From a virus (lineage: Duplodnaviria > Caudoviricetes): a stretch of DNA of 64,000 nt. Location: positions 1 through 64,000 of the IMG/VR virus record IMGVR_UViG_2846856033_000001; one strand, written 5' to 3'. The position numbers were made by a program, and so were the translations under genes. This document shows, piece by piece, positions 38,295-46,986 of the stretch (within the stretch, counting starts at the first letter, position 1; the number at the start of each line of letters is the position of its first letter). A model generated the notes under the pieces. It was not told the origin of the DNA, did no database searches, and saw nothing but the letters and a program-made list of their open reading frames with translations.

Positions 38295-40166
38295 TTATTC
38301 TTCGTCCGCCGTAAGCAGCGCGGAAACAACGTCTTCCTTGAAGACCGAGAAACGGGCATTGCCCTGCGAGTCGCGGAACTTGCGGACGATTTCTTCAAGA
38401 CTAATATACTGCCCGGTCTCGAAAACATCCTCACGGGAGAACTTGAACGCATCGTCCCAGAGGTATTTGAGTACCTTCTCGGGGAAGCGGCGGTTTTGCC
38501 TTGAGGCCATACGCTTTTCTTCGGGTGTTGCCGCCCCGTCAGTCTCTTTGGCATCGTAGCGGAGGTCTATCTCGCGAACAAAGAACGCGCCGAGCCGCTT
38601 GTCCTCCGAAGACGTAACGCGTACATTCTTTTTGAGTATGATGGAGTTCATGGCTGTATTAAACCTTCGCCAAGTGACGTCAGTGTCCAGAATCTTCGTT
38701 TCGGCGTATGCCACTCTACCGAGGTCGTTCTCGATCATCCGCATACTCCACCTGCGCTGGAACGCCGTATCGAGCGTGAAGACGTTCTGGTCGGAGGTGT
38801 TCATCGTGCCGATGATGGACATATTCGACGGTATGCGGACTTTGCGCGTTTCGTCGCCGTAGACGATTCGCGCAATGTTGGCATTGCTTATGCCGTACTC
38901 GCTCTCGCCGCTGTCGCCACGGTCGAGCAGTTGAAACACCTCACCGAAAATCGCCGGAGCGTTGCCTCGGTTTATTTCCTCGACGATGAGGTAGAATTCC
39001 TCGCCGGGGTTCTTATAAGCTTTGTCAAGCAGACGGGTGAACGGGCCGGGCGTGAACTCATAACTGACGTTGCCCTCTGTGACGTTCGGCAGAATCTGCC
39101 CTACGAAATCTGAATTGGTGTAATCGGGGTGGAACACGAGTCGCTCCATGCGGTTCTCGTCGTTGCAGTATTCTTCACCTACTGTGTAGCTCTTACCCGC
39201 GCCGGGAACGCCATAGAGAATGACGTTCTTGCCGCCCACGATGCGTGGCACTTCGCCTGTTCCCGCTTCGGGCGCGGGTGTTTCACCGTCGACCTCAATC
39301 TGCGGTTCGGTGGCTATGATGTGTTTGGCATTTGTCAGGCTGAGATAAGTGTCAACACGTTTTTGGTATGCCGCAAGCTGATCGTCCTTGCCTTCAGCGA
39401 TAGAAACGCCTTGAGTGTTGCTGTATGACAGCAGCGGATTCATCCTGTCCGACAGAGCGGATTTCAGAATTCGAAGCGGGCCCTTCGCCTCGTGTGTGTC
39501 GTTAATGTCTACAGCTTCGCCCCCGGTGAGAAGTTTTGCGTAGACGCTGTTCATATTGAAAACAATGTCGCGCTCTCCATCGGCAAGCTTGTACACCGCT
39601 TCCTCCGAAAGAATAACCAGTAGCTGAAGCAGCACGGTGTCAAACCGAGCCCCGGCGCCTACGGTGTTAAAGCCTATCCACGAGAGCAAGACCCTCGAAT
39701 ACTGCTCGTCGTCGGAGGAGAGAAGCGTGTCGAGTATGTCCATATTCTTTGTAAATAGCAGCCGCTTGTCATAACGCTTGCCGCCGGTGCGCTCAAAGCT
39801 GTTTGCCATGTTGCCGACAAACTTCACCTTTGCTACTCGCCAGACAAGCTCGAACGCCACAATGAGCGATTCGAGTTGGGACTTTAAGAGCTGATTGTTA
39901 TTGACGCGCTCGAGGAACTGCTCGTCGGTAATTCCGGCAGCGGAGTATACCGAGTGGTATTTTACGGTGAGCAGCGCAGCGATGTCGTCGGCCACCTCCA
40001 GCGTGTCACCTACCTGCTTAGAGTATGTGAGTTCAGCGGGAGAGTTCGATGCCCGCCAAATCATCATAAGCAGACCAAGCGTTGCCTTAGTGTCGGGCAG
40101 CGCCGATTTTATCCCCAGCTTCAAGTCCACGTCGGGGTATCTTGCCATGTTATCAGGTCTGAGCAT
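38295..40166 (-). CDS. McrB-like AAA+ GTPase subunit (LlaJI R1-like)
   Basis: GVPGAGKS, FHPDY, EEINRGN, MNTSD, DTAFQRRW, YLWDD. Confidence 0.9.
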   Translation of the reverse strand: MLRPDNMARYPDVDLKLGIKSALPDTKATLGLLMMIWRASNSPAELTYSKQVGDTLEVADDIAALLTVKYHSVYSAAGITDEQFLERVNNNQLLKSQLESLIVAFELVWRVAKVKFVGNMANSFERTGGKRYDKRLLFTKNMDILDTLLSSDDEQYSRVLLSWIGFNTVGAGARFDTVLLQLLVILSEEAVYKLADGERDIVFNMNSVYAKLLTGGEAVDINDTHEAKGPLRILKSALSDRMNPLLSYSNTQGVSIAEGKDDQLAAYQKRVDTYLSLTNAKHIIATEPQIEVDGETPAPEAGTGEVPRIVGGKNVILYGVPGAGKSYTVGEEYCNDENRMERLVFHPDYTNSDFVGQILPNVTEGNVSYEFTPGPFTRLLDKAYKNPGEEFYLIVEEINRGNAPAIFGEVFQLLDRGDSGESEYGISNANIARIVYGDETRKVRIPSNMSIIGTMNTSDQNVFTLDTAFQRRWSMRMIENDLGRVAYAETKILDTDVTWRRFNTAMNSIILKKNVRVTSSEDKRLGAFFVREIDLRYDAKETDGAATPEEKRMASRQNRRFPEKVLKYLWDDAFKFSREDVFETGQYISLEEIVRKFRDSQGNARFSVFKEDVVSALLTADEE

Positions 40167-41229
40167 CTGTGTCTCCTCCTTTAATATCATCCATTATGAC
40201 GGTCGCTATCGCCTTGGCAAGCAGGGGTGGCACGGCGTTTCCCACCTGCTTCATCTGCGAGCCTTTCGTTCCGATGAATTTGAATTTGTCCGGGAACGAC
40301 TGTATCCTCGCCGCTTCACGAACCGTAATCGCACGGTGCAAATACGGATGTGTGAACTTCCCTGACGATGGTGTGTCAAACCTCGTTGTGATCGTAACGG
40401 ATATCTCGTTCTTGACCATCCGCGTCCATGTGCCGCTATAAATCGACTTAGTCAAATGTTCCTCCGGCAGCACTTCTTTGCCGCTGTTCGGTGGAATCAT
40501 ATTCAACCGCTCGATGGCGAGCGCGGAATGCGTAGTAGATACATGGTTATACAGCTTTTCACTTCCGGCGCGCAAGCGTTTTTGGTACTCGCTCTGCGGC
40601 TCGCCGCGATAATCCTCGCACACAGTGCCCTCGCCGGAATTATGATAAGCCAGGTCGCTTATCGCGTCCCAGATGGTTACCGTATGGCCCAATGGTTCAG
40701 GCAGCCGGAGCGGCCAGTCGCCAAGCTTGCCGATGATGACGGCACGCCTGCGGTTCTGCGGCACACCGTAGTCGGCGGCGTTCAGTGTGTCGCTCGCGAG
40801 CGCGTATCCCTTCGCGGCAAACAGCTCGTAAACTTCTTTCTTGAAAAAGCCGTTCTCGGCGGTCAGGAGGTTCGGGACATTCTCCATCACAAAATAGCGC
40901 GGACGCAGATAGTCGACGACCGCGATGAAATATTTGAACAGGAAATTGCGCTCGTCGTTGATGGTCTTCCGCTGCCCCTTCTGCGAGAAGCCTTGGCACG
41001 GCGGCCCGCCGATAACGACATCGACCTTGCCGCGATACCCAAAGAATGTATCTTCTATCGGCAAATCCTTGATATCAGCAACAATCATCTTCGTGTTCGG
41101 ATGATTCAGCTTGTATGCTTCGGCTATGGACTCGTCATATTCGTTCGCCAGCACAACATCGAAGCCCGCCATCTCAAACCCCAAGGAGAGTCCACCCACC
41201 CCCGCGAACAAGTCTATCACAGTCGGCAT
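40153..41229 (-). CDS. DNA (cytosine-5) methyltransferase
   Basis: DLFAGVGG, GGPPCQGFS, ENV, PQNRRR, REAARIQSFPD, GNAVPP. Confidence 0.95.
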   Translation of the reverse strand: MPTVIDLFAGVGGLSLGFEMAGFDVVLANEYDESIAEAYKLNHPNTKMIVADIKDLPIEDTFFGYRGKVDVVIGGPPCQGFSQKGQRKTINDERNFLFKYFIAVVDYLRPRYFVMENVPNLLTAENGFFKKEVYELFAAKGYALASDTLNAADYGVPQNRRRAVIIGKLGDWPLRLPEPLGHTVTIWDAISDLAYHNSGEGTVCEDYRGEPQSEYQKRLRAGSEKLYNHVSTTHSALAIERLNMIPPNSGKEVLPEEHLTKSIYSGTWTRMVKNEISVTITTRFDTPSSGKFTHPYLHRAITVREAARIQSFPDKFKFIGTKGSQMKQVGNAVPPLLAKAIATVIMDDIKGGDTDAQT

Positions 41230-41954
41230 TATTTCTTCACCTCTTGGATACGACGTGTCGCCATTTGGAAGTAGCTCTCATTTAGTTCAACGCCAGTGAA
41301 ATTTCGGTTATTTTTTTTCGCGGCGACGCCCGCGCTGCCGCTACCCATAAACGGATCGAGAACCATATCGCCCTCGTCCGACAGGGTTTGAACGAAAAAC
41401 TCCATCAGCGCGACGGGCTTCTGCGTAGGATGCTTCCCGCACTTGCGCTCACCGTTTGCCGCAACACCGGTTTCAATATAGTCGTGCAGCACCTTGCCAT
41501 CGTTATTGAAGGTGCCTGTCCGCTTACCGTATGTAAAATAGACCCACGCTTCTGTGGAGTTCACAAAATGCAGGTTCATATTTCGTGGCATCGGGTTCGT
41601 CTTGTGCCAGATGCCTGTGGTCTTGTAGTACAGCTTGTGGCGCTCGGCTATACGGATGAGCGTCTCCACCTTAATAATAGACATAAACACAACCATCGCG
41701 CCGCCTTTTTTCAGCAGCCGTGCGGCTTCCTCGAAGAAACCGTCCATCGACTTCTCCCAGTCCTCGAAGCTCAAATCGTCCCAGCCCGCCGCGCCGAAAA
41801 AATTTTCGCGCATCTTTTTAAGGTTGGTGTCCCTGCCCTTCATAAAGTTGCCGAGATTATACGGCGGGTCGGTCAGTATCAGGTCTACCGTATCGTTTGC
41901 AAGCCGCTTCATGGCGACAATGCAGTCCTCATTATATAAAACGGAATCAGCCAT
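41229..41954 (-). CDS. DNA N6-adenine/N4-cytosine methyltransferase (beta class)
   Basis: DPPY, HPTQKP, DPFMGSG. Confidence 0.92.
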   Translation of the reverse strand: MADSVLYNEDCIVAMKRLANDTVDLILTDPPYNLGNFMKGRDTNLKKMRENFFGAAGWDDLSFEDWEKSMDGFFEEAARLLKKGGAMVVFMSIIKVETLIRIAERHKLYYKTTGIWHKTNPMPRNMNLHFVNSTEAWVYFTYGKRTGTFNNDGKVLHDYIETGVAANGERKCGKHPTQKPVALMEFFVQTLSDEGDMVLDPFMGSGSAGVAAKKNNRNFTGVELNESYFQMATRRIQEVKK

Positions 41955-41994
41955 AGTTCATTCCTCGTTTCTCCGGATTTGCGCTGCGTATGAG

Positions 41995-42207
41995 TTATGA
42001 CCGATTGTCCAAATCCACCTCGACAATATCGCTCAACTGGCATCTCAGCACCTTACAGATGCGAACCAGTACGTTAAGTGACACATACTCGTTCTTCCGC
42101 ATCTTTGAGAATGTGCTGGGTGCGATCTTCGCGGCGGTGTACAGCTCGGACGGTTCCATGTCGTCGTCAATCAACCGCTTCCACAGCCGTTTATAATTTA
42201 CTCCCAT
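41995..42207 (-). CDS. Cro/C1-type HTH regulator
   Basis: NYKRLWKRLID...STFSKMRKNEYVSL.VL..IC..L.C...DI. Confidence 0.85.
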   Translation of the reverse strand: MGVNYKRLWKRLIDDDMEPSELYTAAKIAPSTFSKMRKNEYVSLNVLVRICKVLRCQLSDIVEVDLDNRS

Positions 42208-42323
42208 CGCTTGCCACCTTCCTGCGGGCCGTTTGTAACAGGGGCATATAAACCCTACGGTGTATTATAACATTCGACTTTCGAGAAGTCAATCTAAATT
42301 TTGATTTATCGAAAACTGTATAC

Positions 42324-43544
42324 TTATTCGTTTGCCTGTTTACGCAACCGGTGCGCCCGTTGTGCCGCGGCGTTCCGGCAGGAGTCCTCGCAGTATTTTC
42401 GATGAGCCGATGTGGTTTTAACAAGGAACGACCTGTCGCAGTTCGGGTTTTGGCACTTGCGGTAAAGCTCGACGCCGGGGCGCATAAAGAAAATAGAAAC
42501 GTAAATGCCCGTGAGCATATCCTGTATCTCCCACGCGGGGGACATCGTTTCAACGTCGTATCGCGGGCGCATACCTTCGAGGTTATATCCGACCTCGTCG
42601 CGTACCACGGCTTTCGCCATCGTGAGCAGCGATTCCTTCATCCTGTCGCTGAAGCTCGCAGCGTAGCGTATACTGACGTTCTCGTCAGTGTCAAAAAACT
42701 CAATATCGCCAGCTGGCGTGAATCCCTTTATGATGGCGATTGAGTGCTGGAAATGGAAGAGGAAGTCTACCGAGCGGCGTAGCTCCGGCGACAGGCGTGG
42801 GGCGTTAAGGTACATCCGCGCGATGTCTTTATACAACTGAGATTGGGCAGCGCCGGGGGTGACCGCGTCGAAGCCACCGACGATATTGCCGTACTCCTCG
42901 ATGTTAAGCTCAAACACCGGGCTAAAAATCGTATCGGGGACGCTGTAGCTTACCGCGTCATATGGCAACGTGGACTGATTCGGCTGCGGAAAAGCGGAAG
43001 CCCTGGCGAGTTCGGTAAACAGTGCGTGTTCGCAGGTTGGGCATGGACTGCCGCCGAAGCACTCAAACGCCAGGACTACCGGCTGGGTGAGCTGCAGGAA
43101 CAGCATCAGACCGAGTATCCGCTTATAATCCTTCCGCGCTTCGCCGAGCGCGCTGATTAGCCGGACGACCGCCTTGACGCGGTTTATCAAGCCGTGCAGC
43201 GGCTCGACCTCGATAGCTTCATATCCATCGGTGCTTACTGGAAAGAAGAATCCGTAATTCTTAAAGAACGCGAATAGCTTCTTTGTGTTACCATCCGGTA
43301 TTGCCAGCAGCTCCGTCAGGATACGGTCGCTGTTTATAGCGCCGGTTTGAGCCAGACGTACCATGCCCCGGCTCGGCGCGAAAGCGAACCTGACCGGGCT
43401 GTTTGCGAGACCCTGAATCTTGACCGTCTCCTTAACGACGCCCGGTCTCACGTTCTCAATATCCGTCACGCAGTCGCAGCCGAAACTCTCGAACGTGAAC
43501 AGATTGCCGGTGAGTGAAAAAAACCTCTCGTTTGGGATGTCCAT
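42324..43544 (-). CDS. Hypothetical protein with C-terminal CGNR-like zinc finger
   Basis: RKCQNPNC...F.......RKYCEDSCRNAAAQRAHR; GGAGG RBS before ATG 43544. Confidence 0.7.
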   Translation of the reverse strand: MDIPNERFFSLTGNLFTFESFGCDCVTDIENVRPGVVKETVKIQGLANSPVRFAFAPSRGMVRLAQTGAINSDRILTELLAIPDGNTKKLFAFFKNYGFFFPVSTDGYEAIEVEPLHGLINRVKAVVRLISALGEARKDYKRILGLMLFLQLTQPVVLAFECFGGSPCPTCEHALFTELARASAFPQPNQSTLPYDAVSYSVPDTIFSPVFELNIEEYGNIVGGFDAVTPGAAQSQLYKDIARMYLNAPRLSPELRRSVDFLFHFQHSIAIIKGFTPAGDIEFFDTDENVSIRYAASFSDRMKESLLTMAKAVVRDEVGYNLEGMRPRYDVETMSPAWEIQDMLTGIYVSIFFMRPGVELYRKCQNPNCDRSFLVKTTSAHRKYCEDSCRNAAAQRAHRLRKQANE

Positions 43545-43813
43545 AGCTGCGCCCTCCAAAGCGGGAAAGTAATGTATTTCGTAAGTGATACTGAGATAAC
43601 AAAGCTTGCAATAACTCGTATCATAATCATATACGCCATTATATTCCATATGGGTAATTTGTGCAATAAGTAATTATGAATTTTCATTGAAATGTAATTG
43701 TATTTCTGATAGATTCGCTTATTTATCGAATTGTTTTAAACTGGTATCAGTTGGAGGACAAGCCCCTCCACTGGTACCAGTTTTAGTTTTATCGAAGGGA
43801 GGACACCCGCTTA

Positions 43814-43960
43814 ATGAACGAAGTCATCAACCTTGACCAAAAGCGCGTGTGTGACATCAGCGACGACAAAAAGATTATCGAGATTCGAAAAAAGGGCTGT
43901 GTCACGAGAATAACGGCGAAGCCGGATGGGACTCTCAAAATTACTCACGAATGCATGTAA
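43814..43960 (+). CDS. 48-aa hypothetical protein
   Basis: GGGAGG RBS; MNEVINLDQKRVCDISDDKKIIEIRKKGCVTRI... Confidence 0.6.
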   Translation: MNEVINLDQKRVCDISDDKKIIEIRKKGCVTRITAKPDGTLKITHECM

Positions 43961-44134
43961 CCGCGATGGAATAGTATCTCAACTTTTCAAATGAATACGC
44001 GAAATCCGCCAGAACGCACGACGGCAGAGCGGAATCCCCAGTAAGGGGGTTCACCTGTCGTCTTGTTTCGTTTTTAAGCGGATTCAACGGCTCCGGCGGA
44101 TTTCAGAAATTTCTGAAAATCAAAGGAGTCGAAT

Positions 44135-44596
44135 ATGGAAAATCAACGTTTTATCGAAATCGACGGTCAACAAATTCCTGTAACCGAGGAAATCTACCGC
44201 GCCTACAAACGCCCGGCATGGGCTGAACACAAGCAAAAAGAACGAGCTAAGCGGTGCCGCGATGAAAATGGATACCGTTGCACTAAAGATTGTAAATCAT
44301 GCCCCAAACTTCGCGATGGAGGAGACCTTTCATTGGACAAGTTCTCGGACGACGGTTTTGATGTCGCCGACCAGGTCGATGTGGCCGAGCTCGTGGCGGA
44401 CAAGCTGGTCCTCGAACTGCTTGCGGCCGCCCTTTACGACTTGGAGCCGGACGAGAGGTCGCTCATCAATGCGCTGTTTTACAGGGAACGTACCGAGCGT
44501 GACTACGCCGCCGAAATCGGTGTCTCCCATCAGGCGATCGGAAAGCGTAAGCAAAAGGTCATAGAAAAACTGCGCGGCATTATGGGCGTGGAATAA
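44135..44596 (+). CDS. Sigma-70 region-4 (sigma-like) phage regulator
   Basis: LEPDERSLINALFY...TERDYAAEIGVSHQAIGKRKQKVIEKLR. Confidence 0.85.
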   Translation: MENQRFIEIDGQQIPVTEEIYRAYKRPAWAEHKQKERAKRCRDENGYRCTKDCKSCPKLRDGGDLSLDKFSDDGFDVADQVDVAELVADKLVLELLAAALYDLEPDERSLINALFYRERTERDYAAEIGVSHQAIGKRKQKVIEKLRGIMGVE

Positions 44597-44610
44597 AAAC
44601 ACCTGACCTT

Positions 44611-44652
44611 GGTTGCCAACCCTCCTCTCGCTGTCCTGTGGATGGTGAGGGG
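44611..44652 (+). repeat. 42-bp intergenic direct repeat, copy 1
   Basis: GGTTGCCAA-N7-CTCGCTGTCCTGTGGATGGTGAGGGG; 38/42 identical to 48988-49029. Confidence 0.85.
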
Positions 44653-44686
44653 AGAACGATCTCCCCTGGAAACGGAGGCAGACCTT

Positions 44687-44869
44687 ATGCAAACAAAGGC
44701 AAACAACACGGACACAGACTTGCGAGACGGCGATCTTGACGAGGAACTCGCCGGTATCCTCACCGCAATAAGCATCGTGTCCAAACGGCTCGCCAAGAAA
44801 CTGCTCGCGCTTCAAAGGCGGGACGGAACAACCGAGGAAGGGGGAAGCACAGATGAGCAAGATGAGTGA
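44687..44869 (+). CDS. Small hypothetical phage protein
   Basis: GGAGG RBS; DEELAGILTAISIVSKRLA. Confidence 0.65.
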   Translation: MQTKANNTDTDLRDGDLDEELAGILTAISIVSKRLAKKLLALQRRDGTTEEGGSTDEQDE

Positions 44870-45212
44870 ACTCGACCTTTGCATCGGCGAGTTGCGGAAT
44901 GCCGCAAAGTCGCTGACGGTTTTGGCGGACAATCTGGCGGCATTGTTCGGTGGGAGCGGCGATGCGGAATTCGAAACCCCAGCGAAAGCGTCTACGGCGT
45001 CAGCACAATCCCAGCCATCCCCAAAGGCCGTCACGCTGGAGCAGGTGCGAGCTATCCTCGCCGAAAAGTCCCGCAGCGGACATACCGCCGAGGTTCGGGA
45101 ATTGCTCCTGAAGCATGGCGCGGCGAAGCTGTCGGATATTGACCCGGCGGAGTTTGATGCCCTGCTTGGGGATGCAGTCACCATCGGACTCGGGGAGGAC
45201 GAAGATGGGTAA
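44853..45212 (+). CDS. Conserved phage protein preceding DUF2800
   Basis: TLEQVRAILAEKSRSGHTAEVRELLLKHGAAKLS.I. Confidence 0.75.
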   Translation: MSKMSELDLCIGELRNAAKSLTVLADNLAALFGGSGDAEFETPAKASTASAQSQPSPKAVTLEQVRAILAEKSRSGHTAEVRELLLKHGAAKLSDIDPAEFDALLGDAVTIGLGEDEDG

Positions 45213-46338
45213 ACACGCGCTCCTCTCGGCTTCCTCAAGTCACCGATGGCTCAACTGTCCGCCGTCCGCTCGGCTCTGTGAGCAATACGAGGACAATGGC
45301 AGCGACTACGCCGCCGAGGGTACGGATGCCCACTCCCTTGGTGAGTACAAGCTTAAAACAGCACTCGGCATTAAAGCAAAAGACCCGACCGCCAACCTGA
45401 CCTACTACTCCGAGGAGATGGAGGAATGTGCCGCCGGTTACGCCGCTTACATCCTCGAACTGCTGGAGACAGCAAAGCAGACCTGCACCGATCCTGTTGT
45501 ACTTATTGAGCAGCGGCTCGACTTCTCTAAGTATGTGGAGGGCGGTTTCGGTACCGGCGACTGCGTGATAATCGCGGACGGGACGCTCCACATCGTGGAC
45601 TATAAACACGGTCAGGGCGTTCTGGTGGAAGCAACTGATAATCCGCAAATGAAGCTGTATGCCTTGGGTACTTTGGAGTTGTTCGACGGCATCTACGACA
45701 TCGACAAGGTGTCGATGACCATCTATCAGCCCCGCCGAGACAATGTCAGCACCCACACGGTTTTCAAGGAATCGATCTACCAATGGGCGGAAGAAGTCTT
45801 AAAACCGACCGCCGAAATTGCCTACGCAGGCGGCGGCGAGTACAACTGCGGCGAATGGTGCCAGTTCTGCAAGGCTAAGCAAGAATGCCGAAAACGAGCC
45901 GAGCGGAATATGGAACTCGCCAAGCTCGAATTCAAATGCCCGCCGTTGCTGGAGGACGACGAAATCGAATCCATTCTCGGTAAAATAGACGACCTCATCT
46001 CATGGGCTTCCGACATCAAGGACTACGCCCTGCAGGCCGCCCTCGGTGGAAAACGGTGGTTCGGTTGGAAGGTCGTCGAGGGTAAGAGCAACCGCAAATA
46101 TGTCAACGAAAATGCCGTCGCCCAGACAGTTCAATCCGCAGGTTACGACCCTTACGAACACAAGGTGATGGGCATCACCGCAATGGAAAAAGCTCTCGGA
46201 AAAACCCGGTTCGCCGATTTGCTCGGCGGTCTGGTCGAGAAGCCGCAAGGCAAACCGACGCTCGTGCCGGAGGGCGACAAACGTCCGGCAATCAATACTG
46301 CCAAAAACGATTTTATGGAGGTAAATACCAATGGCTAA
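45205..46338 (+). CDS. DUF2800 PD-(D/E)xK (Cas4-like) phage nuclease
   Basis: HALLSASSSHRWLNCP, GTGD...IVDYKHG, QMKLYALG, CQFC....C. Confidence 0.9.
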   Translation: MGKHALLSASSSHRWLNCPPSARLCEQYEDNGSDYAAEGTDAHSLGEYKLKTALGIKAKDPTANLTYYSEEMEECAAGYAAYILELLETAKQTCTDPVVLIEQRLDFSKYVEGGFGTGDCVIIADGTLHIVDYKHGQGVLVEATDNPQMKLYALGTLELFDGIYDIDKVSMTIYQPRRDNVSTHTVFKESIYQWAEEVLKPTAEIAYAGGGEYNCGEWCQFCKAKQECRKRAERNMELAKLEFKCPPLLEDDEIESILGKIDDLISWASDIKDYALQAALGGKRWFGWKVVEGKSNRKYVNENAVAQTVQSAGYDPYEHKVMGITAMEKALGKTRFADLLGGLVEKPQGKPTLVPEGDKRPAINTAKNDFMEVNTNG

Positions 46339-46921
46339 TCAAACAATGAACCGCAAAAACCCGAATCCCACCCCGAACCCGACCAAGGTCATCACAGGCG
46401 AAGCCAGACTCTCCTACGCAAACCTGTGGGAGCCGAAATCCATAAACGGCGGCACGCCGAAATACTCAGTCAGCATCATCATTCCAAAGAGCGACGCACA
46501 CACTGTCGCCAAGATTAAGGCGGCGATTGAAGCGGCATACCACGAGGGCGAGACCAAGCTGAAAGGTAATGGCAAGACTGTTCCACCCCTCGCTTCCCTC
46601 AAAACTCCGCTCCGCGACGGCGACATCGACCGACCCGACGACGAAGCCTACGCCGACAGCTATTTCATTAACGCCAACAGCGGCACGGCGCCCGGTATCG
46701 TCGACCATGACTGTGAGACCATTTTCGAACGCTCCCAGATTTACAGCGGCGTATACGCAAGAGCCAGTGTAAACTTTTACGCTTTCAACTCGAACGGCAA
46801 CAAGGGCATCGCCTGCGGGCTGAACAACATCCAGAAACTGCGCGACGGCGATCCGCTCGGCGGCAAGCCCAGGGCCGAAGACGATTTCGCGACCGAAGAC
46901 GATGAAGACTTCCTCGGCTAA
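46331..46921 (+). CDS. DUF2815 phage ssDNA-binding protein
   Basis: RLSYAN, PLRDGD, YSGVYAR, GLNNIQK, acidic tail. Confidence 0.9.
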   Translation: MANQTMNRKNPNPTPNPTKVITGEARLSYANLWEPKSINGGTPKYSVSIIIPKSDAHTVAKIKAAIEAAYHEGETKLKGNGKTVPPLASLKTPLRDGDIDRPDDEAYADSYFINANSGTAPGIVDHDCETIFERSQIYSGVYARASVNFYAFNSNGNKGIACGLNNIQKLRDGDPLGGKPRAEDDFATEDDEDFLG

Positions 46922-46986
46922 CCACACTACACAGGACTCCAGAAGGCGGCGGGAAACTTGCCGCCTTCTTGCCTTATGGAGGGCTT

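Noticed and set aside
45205-46338. DUF2800 protein as a cas4 gene
   Set aside because: Standard phage replication-module position beside DUF2815 and PolA
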